This document shows, piece after piece, positions 27,971 to 38,200 of a stretch of 64,000 bases of DNA (position 1 is its first letter; each line of letters starts with the position of its first letter). A program made the translations under genes and the position numbers. Source of the DNA: an uncultured bacterium (GTDB lineage: Bacteria > Patescibacteriota > Dojkabacteria > J137); contig OY969472.1 of the NCBI GenBank assembly GCA_963700155.1, positions 808,690 to 872,689 on the forward strand, written 5' to 3'. The notes below the pieces were generated by a model that saw nothing but the letters and a program-made list of their open reading frames with translations, ran no database searches and was not told where the DNA came from.

Positions 27971-29352
27971 GAGTATTTTTTATATATTTTAGATTTTTTT
28001 ATTATATCTAATATCTCTTTTTCATCATATGAAGAATTAACCCAAATTATAGGTGGAATTTTAAAAAATTTCTTAGTGAAGTTTAGTAAAACTTCTGGTG
28101 AAAGTTTTTTTGCAGTTGATTTAGCTCTTTTATAATCAAACTTTATAAAACTATTATCCAATAAATCTATAGCTATATCTTCTGCATAATCTTCATCATG
28201 CTCATTATTTCTATGATATATGTAAAAACTAAGAATATTATCAAACCATCTTTTACCTTCAGCACTCTTTAGAAATTTCTCAAATTCAAACTCTATCATC
28301 TGATAAATTCCTTCTAAAACTTTACCTAAATTTGAAAAGCTAAGGTTAAGTGAAAATCCTCTATTTTTATTTTTAAAGACAGCTCTATCATTTATTGCAC
28401 TAATATCATATGTCAAACCTAAATCCTCTCTTATATAATCATATGATACTTTATTAATTAGATCTGTTAGAAAAATAAATAACCTATCTTTAATATATTC
28501 ATCATCTGTTTCTAATCTATCTTTTAATTCGTAGAAGTAATTAAAACTCATAAATATTTCTCGAGACTGTTCATTTTTAAATGTATAAATTCTAAAATCA
28601 GGCTTAAAACCTTTTCTTATTTTTGTTAGTTTTTTAGGAGGATTTGCTTTATTTAATGAAGAAGATAAGCTGGTTATTAAATCAATCTCTTCTTTATTTA
28701 ATTTTTTGGATGTTTGTATTGCAAGAACTGAAGTAACAGTGGTAAAAGTGCTATTGTAAAACTTAATAAGATCATTTGCAGTTATTTCTTTTATATCTTT
28801 GACTTCACCAATAATATCACGATCATATGGAGCAAATTCTTTCCCAAATATTTTTTTATCATATTGAAGTGCTGACCATTTTTCATCAATAGGCCTCCTA
28901 TTTTTCTCTTCAATAACAATATTTTTTTCTTTATCTATATATTTAGAGAAGTTTTCAAGAGGATAAAGTAATTGAGAAGTTAAATACTTTATCATTCTAA
29001 TTTTTGCATTCTCATGACCATGAGCATAAAGATACATAAATTCTCTTGTTGTATATGCATTTGATTCAAAAGAAGCTCTTTTTTTATTTCCCATCTGATA
29101 CTCTACAAATTCTTTTTTTGTTTTTAAAAATTTATTTGGATTCCCAAATGGAAGATGTTCTAGTAAATGTGCTGTTCCGAAAGGTACTCCTAATTGTTCC
29201 TCATAATAAGCACCTGCATTTACAACAAAAGAAATATCGAAATCAACTGTATTCTTATTTATTGATTCTACAACTCTAAGACCTTCTTCGGTTTGATAAA
29301 TATTTGTTTTTATTTTTGTTACTTGATCAAAGTAGCTATCTATTTTTTTCAT
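27967..29352 (-). CDS. M16 family zinc metallopeptidase
   Basis: GTAHLLEH (HxxEH), NAYT, EKNIVIEE. Confidence 0.88.
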   Translation of the reverse strand: MKKIDSYFDQVTKIKTNIYQTEEGLRVVESINKNTVDFDISFVVNAGAYYEEQLGVPFGTAHLLEHLPFGNPNKFLKTKKEFVEYQMGNKKRASFESNAYTTREFMYLYAHGHENAKIRMIKYLTSQLLYPLENFSKYIDKEKNIVIEEKNRRPIDEKWSALQYDKKIFGKEFAPYDRDIIGEVKDIKEITANDLIKFYNSTFTTVTSVLAIQTSKKLNKEEIDLITSLSSSLNKANPPKKLTKIRKGFKPDFRIYTFKNEQSREIFMSFNYFYELKDRLETDDEYIKDRLFIFLTDLINKVSYDYIREDLGLTYDISAINDRAVFKNKNRGFSLNLSFSNLGKVLEGIYQMIEFEFEKFLKSAEGKRWFDNILSFYIYHRNNEHDEDYAEDIAIDLLDNSFIKFDYKRAKSTAKKLSPEVLLNFTKKFFKIPPIIWVNSSYDEKEILDIIKKSKIYKKYS

Positions 29353-29353
29353 A

Positions 29354-29860
29354 TCATGATTCTTCTGAAGGGTAAGGAATAATTGGATAATCTTTTAATA
29401 ATTCTGCAAATCTATTTGGTTTAGAAAGTATATCTTCAGCCATAAGTATGGCTTCTTTATCTGAGATTACTTTACCATAAATTTCTTTTTCAGAGACTAA
29501 TACTAATAAAGCCAATGCAAAATCCTCATTAGCTATATCTCTAACTGAGGTACCTATTGGTGCTCTCATCTCTAAAGCATTAGCTGCCTGTATTATCTCT
29601 TCATCAGAATTCAATCTTGTAAATCCGAACTCATGTAATATATAACTTATTCTTCTTTTTGAAGAAGGTTTAAGTTTATTTGATAAAGCTAAACTGCATA
29701 GATTAAAAATATCCGTATCGGAAATTTGCTTAAATGGCAAACTTCTTATGTAAGATTCTATATTATCTATGTTTTCTCTTTCTTCAGCTGGCTCACAACT
29801 ATTAATAGAATCCAATATTCTTTCCCAATTAAATTCTGATATTTTATCTAAATCACTCAT
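29354..29860 (-). CDS. hypothetical protein
   Basis: 168-aa ORF, ATGA-coupled to uvrC. Confidence 0.7.
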   Translation of the reverse strand: MSDLDKISEFNWERILDSINSCEPAEERENIDNIESYIRSLPFKQISDTDIFNLCSLALSNKLKPSSKRRISYILHEFGFTRLNSDEEIIQAANALEMRAPIGTSVRDIANEDFALALLVLVSEKEIYGKVISDKEAILMAEDILSKPNRFAELLKDYPIIPYPSEES

Positions 29861-31380
29861 TTTTTCTTCTTAACTTCTAAATTTTTATCTTCAGTTTTTC
29901 CAAGCTCTCTTACCATTTGTTTTGATCTTAACTTTCTATGATAAGTTATTCCAAATCTGTGAGCCTCATCTCGAATTCTCTGCACTAAGTATAACGCTTC
30001 CGAACCTCTTGGCAAAAAGATTCTAGTAAATGTTTTCATTGATACATCTTGATAATCAGGATCGATGAATTGCTTTGTGAATTCAAAAATTTCTTCTTCT
30101 CTTTTTGCCAATCCTACAATTGGAATTGTATTGTGTAAATTAAAATTTCTAAGGATTTTGTAAGTTGAAGCAAGTTGGCCTTTTCCACCATCAATGATTA
30201 TTAAGTCAGGCATTTGGGAGAAAGATTCATCGAATTCGGGTTTTTGTTCTCCTTCAGATTCATCAGAAGTATTAAATCTTTTGACCAAATGCCTGAACCT
30301 TCGGCTTAAAACTTCCTGAAGCATTGCGAAATCATTTGGTTCATTTTTCATTCTGATTCTAAATCTTCTATATAAATCAGTTCTTAATTTACCGTTTATC
30401 ATAACTGTCATTGCACCAACTGCATTAGTTCCTTGAATATTACTTATGTCATAACATTCAATTCTAAATTCAGGATGGTATTTAATATGTTCAGCTGGAA
30501 ATTTTAAATGTTCTATAAGATTTTTTACGGCATTTTCTCTCTCTTCTTCTTTCAATAATGAAACTACAACATCATCTACATTATTATCTATCGAGACACT
30601 TCTGGTCACATATTTAATATCGTTAATTTTATCTCTTACTTCAGCTGCACTCTCATAATCCTGATTTTTTGAATAAATTCCCATCTCTTTTTCTAATTCA
30701 TGAAGGATATCAACCTTTTCGCCTTTGAAAAATTTTTTAATATTATTAAAGTTTTTCATGTAATCTTTTTTTGATTCAAGACTTGCACAAGGTGCATTGC
30801 AAAGCCCTAAATGGTAATAAAGACAAGGAACTGAATTATTAGTGTCAACTTCCAAAGGAGTTTCTGAAACTTCGACTAATCTTCTATTACAACTCACATA
30901 AGGGAAAATTTTTCGAATTCGTTTAAGGATATTCTTGAGTGGAAGGGTGTTCGGGTAGGGCCCGAAGTATTCTGCTTTTGGATCATCCTTACTTCTGACA
31001 ATTCTTATTCTTGGGAAATCCCGAACACCTTTTATTGGTTTTTCAAATTTTACCCAGCTATAATTCTTGTCATCAGTCATTAATGAGTTATATTTCGGTC
31101 GATATTTTTTTATTAAATTTGTTTCTAGAATTAATGCTTCAACTTCAGAATCAACAGTGTAGTATTGAATATCTACGGCTTGATCAATCATGTTCTGGAT
31201 CTTTATATCCAGTTTTTTGTAATTAATAAAATAACTTTTTACTCGATTTCTTAATATTTTTGCTTTTCCAATATAAAGAATTTTATCTTTAGAATTCTTA
31301 TACAAATAACACCCCGGTTCTTTAGGGGCATTGTTAACTTTGTCTTGAAATTGTTGAGATTTTGTTTCTAGAATATTCAT
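29857..31380 (-). CDS. uvrC: excinuclease ABC subunit C (no C-terminal HhH domain)
   Basis: GIY-YIG (GCY..YIGKAK.LRNRV), RIECYDISN, DGGKGQ, RIRDEAHRF; ATG at 31380. Confidence 0.95.
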   Translation of the reverse strand: MNILETKSQQFQDKVNNAPKEPGCYLYKNSKDKILYIGKAKILRNRVKSYFINYKKLDIKIQNMIDQAVDIQYYTVDSEVEALILETNLIKKYRPKYNSLMTDDKNYSWVKFEKPIKGVRDFPRIRIVRSKDDPKAEYFGPYPNTLPLKNILKRIRKIFPYVSCNRRLVEVSETPLEVDTNNSVPCLYYHLGLCNAPCASLESKKDYMKNFNNIKKFFKGEKVDILHELEKEMGIYSKNQDYESAAEVRDKINDIKYVTRSVSIDNNVDDVVVSLLKEEERENAVKNLIEHLKFPAEHIKYHPEFRIECYDISNIQGTNAVGAMTVMINGKLRTDLYRRFRIRMKNEPNDFAMLQEVLSRRFRHLVKRFNTSDESEGEQKPEFDESFSQMPDLIIIDGGKGQLASTYKILRNFNLHNTIPIVGLAKREEEIFEFTKQFIDPDYQDVSMKTFTRIFLPRGSEALYLVQRIRDEAHRFGITYHRKLRSKQMVRELGKTEDKNLEVKKKK

Positions 31381-31536
31381 TAGGATAATTATATCAGTTC
31401 TGGTTATATAGTCTATTTTTATTGTTAAATTGGGGGATAGATTGATATAATTATATATTGGGTATTGATATATCCATCCTAATGATGGAAACATCTTAGG
31501 GCTTTTTGAAAATCCATAGAACTAAGGAGAAGTGTG

Positions 31537-32103
31537 ATGAAAAGGTCAAGATCTGTGTTAGGGTTTCTTCTGATCTGCGTTTCGGTGATGTTCCTGGTCA
31601 CTACATACAATTTTGACCAGGTAGTGAATCCGGAGCCGACGTGCGATATAATATCTCACGCCGGGATAATTTACGATGGCATGGGAAATTTGGAAGGGTA
31701 CGCTGTAGAATTGTACGGCGGACCATGTGCATTGTCATTCAAGCAGAATGAATCCAGGCTATACTATGTGTTTACAGGCGATGAAGACATCGTTAGCATA
31801 GCAGATCGAGGTGATCATATTGAGAATACCCTTCTTCCTGCATGGGGACAGTGGGCGTTTACCTATCCAGCGACTTTTAAAGTCAATGATAGGGAATCAG
31901 TAATACCGACAATGATATACATAATTTATGCAGATAGGAGCGAAGAAGCTCTAAGCAGATTCTGCAATATTATTACCTTTCACTCCCCTATCTGCCCGCC
32001 ACCTGCCCCGCTTGATTCTCAATCGGGACAATCAACAACGTTCTATGGAGAAGGGACCGCGCTTCGCGCGGTCCCCAAATCCAAAATAAAATTTAACTTG
32101 TAA
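31537..32103 (+). CDS. exported hypothetical protein with atypically high GC
   Basis: N-terminal signal/TM; AAGGAG at 31524-31529, 7 nt before ATG. Confidence 0.65.
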   Translation: MKRSRSVLGFLLICVSVMFLVTTYNFDQVVNPEPTCDIISHAGIIYDGMGNLEGYAVELYGGPCALSFKQNESRLYYVFTGDEDIVSIADRGDHIENTLLPAWGQWAFTYPATFKVNDRESVIPTMIYIIYADRSEEALSRFCNIITFHSPICPPPAPLDSQSGQSTTFYGEGTALRAVPKSKIKFNL

Positions 32104-32154
32104 TATTATTTTAAAAACTTTATTATTTTTTTGGCCTAATTTTTAAAAAATATT

Positions 32155-32457
32155 ATGGTCGACTATAATAGTTTCCAAGACACACTAGATCAAGGAGCTC
32201 CACTTCCTTTCACTCCCCCACTTTCCCATCAAGAACAATTAATAAAAAATGCAAAAGAATTTCCTTCACAGCTTTTATTAAATCTTTCTGGTATGTCAGT
32301 TGGAGCTTTATATAATTCAAGTAATTGTAAGTTGTTAAAAGCTTTAGAATGCAAAATTGATATGAATAATATCCAGATGAGTAAATCTATACCAGAATTT
32401 GCACATATCATAGAACTTATTAAAGCTTTAAAATGTTGCCCAGATTGTGAAAGTTAA
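32155..32457 (+). CDS. hypothetical protein
   Basis: 100-aa ORF ending CCPDCES. Confidence 0.55.
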   Translation: MVDYNSFQDTLDQGAPLPFTPPLSHQEQLIKNAKEFPSQLLLNLSGMSVGALYNSSNCKLLKALECKIDMNNIQMSKSIPEFAHIIELIKALKCCPDCES

Positions 32458-32526
32458 TATACTTCAATTCCTAGCGTCAATTCTTTAAACATAGTAAAAT
32501 ATCTGCATATTTAATCAATATTGTTT

Positions 32527-33648
32527 ATGGAACTGTTAAATTTTATTACTTCAGTTATTCTTCTTTCTGGAATAATCAGCTTTGTAATAGCTTTCCCAAT
32601 AATAGCCTTACTTTATAAATTAAATATTACTAGGCGGATGACTGTTGATTTTAGTGCTACTTTAATTGAAAAAAGGAATTTAAAAGTTGGTGTGCCTATC
32701 ATGGGAGGATTAATTTTAGTAATAACAATTTTTATTTTAAATTTAGTATTTAATCAAAACATTGGAATTTATCTTGTCTTACTTATATTTTTAATTTCTG
32801 CGATTTTAGGTGGAGTTGATGATGTTTTAAATATTTATGGTTCTGAAAGAGAGAAACCAAGATCTATAGGTAGAACGTTAAGATTAATAAGAGTTCATAA
32901 GAATTTAAGGAAAAGAGTGTTTCTAATAATTACTTTACCTTGGGAAGTATACAAAGGGTTCTTTTATATTTTAGGATCAAATCCAGGTAAGGGAATTCAA
33001 GCACATGAGAAAATATTAGTTCAATCAATTGTAGGAATTCTTTTAGGGTTTGGATTATATTCATTTACTCCCCTATCAAATCCGGAAGTATTACATATCC
33101 CAATATTTAATTCATATATTAATCTAGGAATTTTAATAATTCCATTTGCATGGATTACAGTTTTATTAATGTCCAATGCAGTAAATTTTGCTGACGGTAT
33201 GGACGGACTTTCTTCAAATGAATTATTATTTTCATTTGCAGGATTTTTAATCATTGCTATTTTAAAACAAGATATGAGTGTAATATTTTTAATTGCAACT
33301 GCAATTGGAGCTTTGGTTTCGTATATATATTTTAATATTCCTCCTGCAAGATTTCAAATGGGGGATGTTGGATCACTTGCGATGGGAACACTTTTAGCAT
33401 CAGTTGCGTTCTTACTAGACGAACCTTTAATGCTCTTGTTTATTTCATTCCCATTTGTCATTACTCTACTTTCAACAGTTATTCAAGGATTAGGAAGAAG
33501 GATTCTGGGAAGGCGAATCTTTGCAATGGCACCAATTCATTATCACTTTCAAATTAAATATGGCTGGAGCGAAGAAAAAGTTGTTATGAGATTCGCCTTG
33601 TTTAGTATTATGTGTGCGATAATCGGATTGTTTATCTTTACCTTATAA
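32527..33648 (+). CDS. mraY: phospho-N-acetylmuramoyl-pentapeptide transferase
   Basis: VPIMGG, GGVDD, SNAVNFADGMDGL, MGDVGS, MAPIHYHF. Confidence 0.93.
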   Translation: MELLNFITSVILLSGIISFVIAFPIIALLYKLNITRRMTVDFSATLIEKRNLKVGVPIMGGLILVITIFILNLVFNQNIGIYLVLLIFLISAILGGVDDVLNIYGSEREKPRSIGRTLRLIRVHKNLRKRVFLIITLPWEVYKGFFYILGSNPGKGIQAHEKILVQSIVGILLGFGLYSFTPLSNPEVLHIPIFNSYINLGILIIPFAWITVLLMSNAVNFADGMDGLSSNELLFSFAGFLIIAILKQDMSVIFLIATAIGALVSYIYFNIPPARFQMGDVGSLAMGTLLASVAFLLDEPLMLLFISFPFVITLLSTVIQGLGRRILGRRIFAMAPIHYHFQIKYGWSEEKVVMRFALFSIMCAIIGLFIFTL

Positions 33649-33653
33649 AATTT

Positions 33654-34760
33654 ATGCCTCAAAAAGTTATTATCTCTTACAGAACTATTCTGCTGGTAAT
33701 TTTTACGATTATCGCATTTTGGTTGTCTTATGAACTGAGAGCAATAATTCTTATATTATTTCTTGCTTATATTGTAAATGCTGGGCTCAGACCAATTGTA
33801 GAATTTCTTACTAAAAAATTTAGATTTAAGAGAGGTATAGCTATAACTATAACTTATCTTCTTATATTTTTAGGTGTTGGACTTATTATTTCAGTAATAA
33901 TAAGTGCTGCAGTTGATCAAATAAGTGAATTTATAACTACATTAACCACTAGAGTTAGCAATTTAAATCATTTCATTGAACAGGTCCCAATTTTAGGACG
34001 ATATATCAATACAACTGATTTAGTAAAAGCTATTAACGATTCTAATCTATTAAACTTTAGTCCTGAAAAAATTTATGATTTAATTTTAGGTGCAGTAAAT
34101 ACTATAGGGTTTCAAGGGTTGAATATTCTTGGAGGTGTTATTAGTTTTATATTCAATGTAGTACTAATAATAATAATTTCAGTTTATATGATTCAAAGCA
34201 AAAAGAATATTTATCATGGGGTTTTAGAATTAATACCTGATAAATATGCTAAGAGGCTTGATCCGGTTTTAACTAAAATCGAAAGTAGTTTGGGTTCTTG
34301 GCTTCTTGGGCAGACTATTTTGATGTTTGCGATCGGGATTGCCTCTTATATTGCTTTACAGATTCCAAGATTTTTTGATGGAGATTACCAAACTTTTAAG
34401 TTTGCATTGGTAATATCGATAATGGCAGCAATCTTTGAGGCAATCCCGAACATAGGACCATTATTAACTCTAATTTTAGCTACGGTTATCGCTATATTTA
34501 GCGGAGCAGGTATTCCAATAATCATTTATATAATAATTTCTTTTACAGTAATACAACAACTAGAAGGTTTGTATCTTGTCCCAAGAATAATGAACAGGGC
34601 GATTGATTTAAATCCAATTATTACGATTGCAGGAGTCACTGCAGGTTTTGAACTTGGGGGGCCTGTTGGTGCTTTAATTGCAGTTCCATTCCTTGGAGTA
34701 GCTCAGATTGTTGTGAAGGAGTTGAGCTACGAATGGAAAAAAAATGCTGAGAAGAGTTAA
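33654..34760 (+). CDS. AI-2E family transporter
   Basis: IPNIGP, QQLEG..LVPRIM, LNP, GALIAVP; ATG at 33654. Confidence 0.93.
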   Translation: MPQKVIISYRTILLVIFTIIAFWLSYELRAIILILFLAYIVNAGLRPIVEFLTKKFRFKRGIAITITYLLIFLGVGLIISVIISAAVDQISEFITTLTTRVSNLNHFIEQVPILGRYINTTDLVKAINDSNLLNFSPEKIYDLILGAVNTIGFQGLNILGGVISFIFNVVLIIIISVYMIQSKKNIYHGVLELIPDKYAKRLDPVLTKIESSLGSWLLGQTILMFAIGIASYIALQIPRFFDGDYQTFKFALVISIMAAIFEAIPNIGPLLTLILATVIAIFSGAGIPIIIYIIISFTVIQQLEGLYLVPRIMNRAIDLNPIITIAGVTAGFELGGPVGALIAVPFLGVAQIVVKELSYEWKKNAEKS

Positions 34761-35107
34761 GATTCAGCGTATCTTCGGTCAATCATTTGTTTTAGACCTC
34801 TTAGAAGTTTGTTAGCTTTTTCTTTACCTAAAGTTGATATCAACTGTAAATAAAATTTGTTTCTCTGCTCTACGCTCATTATTACAACTTCTCCTGTACC
34901 TTTGGCATAATTAGTCAAAGCAACATAGGTTTCGTATAACTCTGGCGCTGTTTGAGAAAGTTGAGTTTCGATTCCCATCAGGTTCGTTCTATTCCAGGCA
35001 TTTTCTGGAATTCCTGAATTTTGTGGAATCCTAATTGAAGGGTTGGTCTCCTCTCTCGTTTCTGTAGAATCCTTAGCGAAATCTTCGTGAAAAAACTTTC
35101 TAACCAT
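34757..35107 (-). CDS. hypothetical protein
   Basis: ORF; ATG at 35107 preferred. Confidence 0.6.
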   Translation of the reverse strand: MVRKFFHEDFAKDSTETREETNPSIRIPQNSGIPENAWNRTNLMGIETQLSQTAPELYETYVALTNYAKGTGEVVIMSVEQRNKFYLQLISTLGKEKANKLLRGLKQMIDRRYAES

Positions 35108-35217
35108 ATATAAAAATAAAAAGTAAAACATGAAATTGTAAACTTTTTCATCAAAAATTGGAAACAGAAATTTTATATTTTTATTTCTAAAAAGGAGAAT
35201 TATAGATTCTTGAGAAC

Positions 35218-35244
35218 CAGGGATTTCGCGAAGCGAAATCCCTG
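35218..35244. terminator. 12-bp perfect hairpin downstream of nrdJ (terminator or REP-like palindrome)
   Basis: CAGGGATTTCGC-GAA-GCGAAATCCCTG, 18 nt after the nrdJ stop; no U-tract in the nrdJ direction. Confidence 0.6.
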
Positions 35245-35262
35245 ATTAATTATTGTTTATTC

Positions 35263-38200
35263 TTAACTACATCCGGTTGTTGTCCCACAGTCAGTACAAA
35301 CTAAACATGACCCATTCCTCTTCATATTCATACCTCCGCAGTTTGAGCACATATCACCTGTAAACCCCATAGATCGAGCTTTCTTAATTTTTTCGGTCAT
35401 AGGATCTTTGTTTGCCTCTAATGTATCTTGAACAGGAGTTACTGCGGCAGCATCTAATTTCATTTGAGCAGGTTCAATTGCATCTGGAGTTGGTTCTGGT
35501 GTATCATCATATCTTACACTTGTAGCAGATGCTACTGTAGAATACGAAACATTACCTATAAGTCCATTCTCGGCTTCTATATCAATATATTTTGTTGTTT
35601 TTATTTCAGTATGTCCCTTACCATTTATATGTGGTATCAATACCCTGTAATTATTTCCTCCAGGCATATAGGATTTTTCAACAAGTTCTTCGTTATGATA
35701 TAGTTTTGCAGTTTCAGGTTCTAAGAATTTAACAGCAAGCCATCTGCCAATATAGTCCATAATAGATTTTGCCATTGGAATTTCTTTGTTTGTTGTCATT
35801 CCACTAGGGTCAAATCGCGCATTTGTTAATTTCCTTACGATAACTTCCAGTGGGACTCCAAATTGCAAATTTAGTGACAGTGAAATTGCAAATGAATCCA
35901 TAATACCATTTAAAAAACTACCTCCTGTACTCATATTTATAAATACTTCACCAGGAGTTCCATCTTCATATAAACCTACTGTAATATATCCTTCATGTCC
36001 TCCTACACTGAATTTATGGGTAATACTATGTCTTTCATCTGGAAGTCTTCTTCTTTTTGGGGCGGCAACCATTTGCTCCTTCATAATTACCTGTTGTACT
36101 TCTTTTTGGGTAACTGATTCTTCTACAACTTCTTCATCATCAAAGTTGAATAATTCTGCATAGGCTGAATTTTCTGATGCAGACGAATTTAAAGGTTGGC
36201 TTAATTTTGATCCATCTCTATATAATGCATTAGATTTAAGCATTAATTTCCAACCTTGTATATATGAATCTTCAATATCTTTTAATGTTGCTTCTTCAGG
36301 TAGATTTACTGTTTTACTTATAGATCCGGAAAGGAATGGTTGTGCTGCTGCCATTTGTTTTAAATGTCCCATAGTTTTTATATATCTCTGACCTTTTTTC
36401 CCACATTTATTAGCACAATCGAATACTTGGTAATGCTCTTCTTTTAAATAAGGAGCGCCTTCAATCATCATTGTGCCACATACATAATCTTCAGCTTCTT
36501 GTATTTCTCTATCTGTGAATCCTAAGCGTTTCAAAAGATTGAAGGCGCTATCATTCATTTCATCATCAGAAATTCCAATTTTTCTCAAAAAATCTTCTCC
36601 TAAAGTCCACTTACTAAAGACACTATTCAGGTCATAAATATTTGAAAGTCTTTCTTCCATAATCATTAGTTCTTTTTCAGTGAACCCTTTTTCTTTCAAG
36701 GATTCGAAATTTATATATGGTGCATCTTGAAGAGTTTGATGTCCTATAATATATTTCTCAATTTCCTCAATTTGTTTTGGACTATAACCTAAAACTTCTA
36801 ATCCAGGTCTAACTGATTGATTTACAATTTTGAAATATCCACCACCAACTAATTTTTTAAATTTGACTAAAGCAAAATCAGGCTCAACTCCAGTTGTATC
36901 AAAGTCCATTAATAATCCTATGGTTCCTGTTGGTGCGATTAAAGTTGTCTGAGCATTCCTGAAACCGAATTCTTTTCCAAGTTCTAAGGCATAATCCCAT
37001 GATTCCTTCGCAGATTTGCTTAAATATTCCGGAATAATATCTGAATTAATTCCCATAGGAGCTATTGAAAGTCCTTCATATTCTGACTCATCTGAGGCAT
37101 ATGTAGCTCTTCTATGGTTCCTTATAACTCTTAACATATCTTTTTTATTCGTTTCGTATCTGTCAAAAACTCCAACAACTTTTGCCATCTCTGCTGAAGT
37201 TGCATAAGATTCACCACCCATAATGGCTGTTATTGCACCTGTTATTGCATAACCTTCTTCACTTTCATAAGGAATTCCTTGTTGCATTAATAATGCTCCG
37301 ATATTTCCATAACCTAATCCTAAGGTTCTATACAAAAATGTTTTCTCTGCAACAGTTTTAGTAGGTAGATGAGCCATTAATATTGAGATTTCTAGAATAA
37401 TTGTCCATAATCTTGTGGCATGGATAAATTCTTCAGTTCTAAATTCTTTATTTTCCTGATCATAAAATTTAATTAAATTTAATGATGCAAGATTACATGC
37501 AGTGTCATCCAAGAACATATATTCAGAACAGGGATTACTTCCATTAATTTTCCCATCTTGTGGGCAAGTATGCCATTCATTGATTGTAGTATCATACTGC
37601 ACACCAGGATCAGCACTCTGCCAAGCTGCTTCAAGAACCTGTTTCCATAAATCCTTCGCTTTTAGTGTTTTAAAAACTTGTCCATCTGTTCTATTAATTA
37701 AATCCCAATTCTTATCTTTTTCCAAAGCATCAAAAAATTTATTTGATATTCTTACAGAATTATTCGAATTTTGCCCACCAACTGTTGTGTAAGCATCGGA
37801 TCTAAAATCTGTATCATATCTTTCCAAAGTAAATTCTTCGGACGATACTCCATTTTCAACAAGCATTAATGCTCTTTTTATATAATTTAAAGGAACATAA
37901 TCTTTGTTTGCTTCTTTTATTAGATTTTTTAATTCTGGATTTTTTCTTGGATCTATTCCATTAACTTCAGCTGATTTCATTATCTTTTTTAGATGCTCAT
38001 AATTTGTATGAGAACCTGCAACCAAGGCTGCAACTTTTTGCTCTTCAATTACTTTCCAATTAATAAACTTCTCAACTTCGGGATGATCCATATTTAAACA
38101 AACCATTTTTGCAGCTCTTCTTGTAGTCCCGCCTGATTTAATTGCTCCAGCAGCAGCATCAAATACTTTCAAAAAACTCATAAGTCCAGATGATTTTCCG

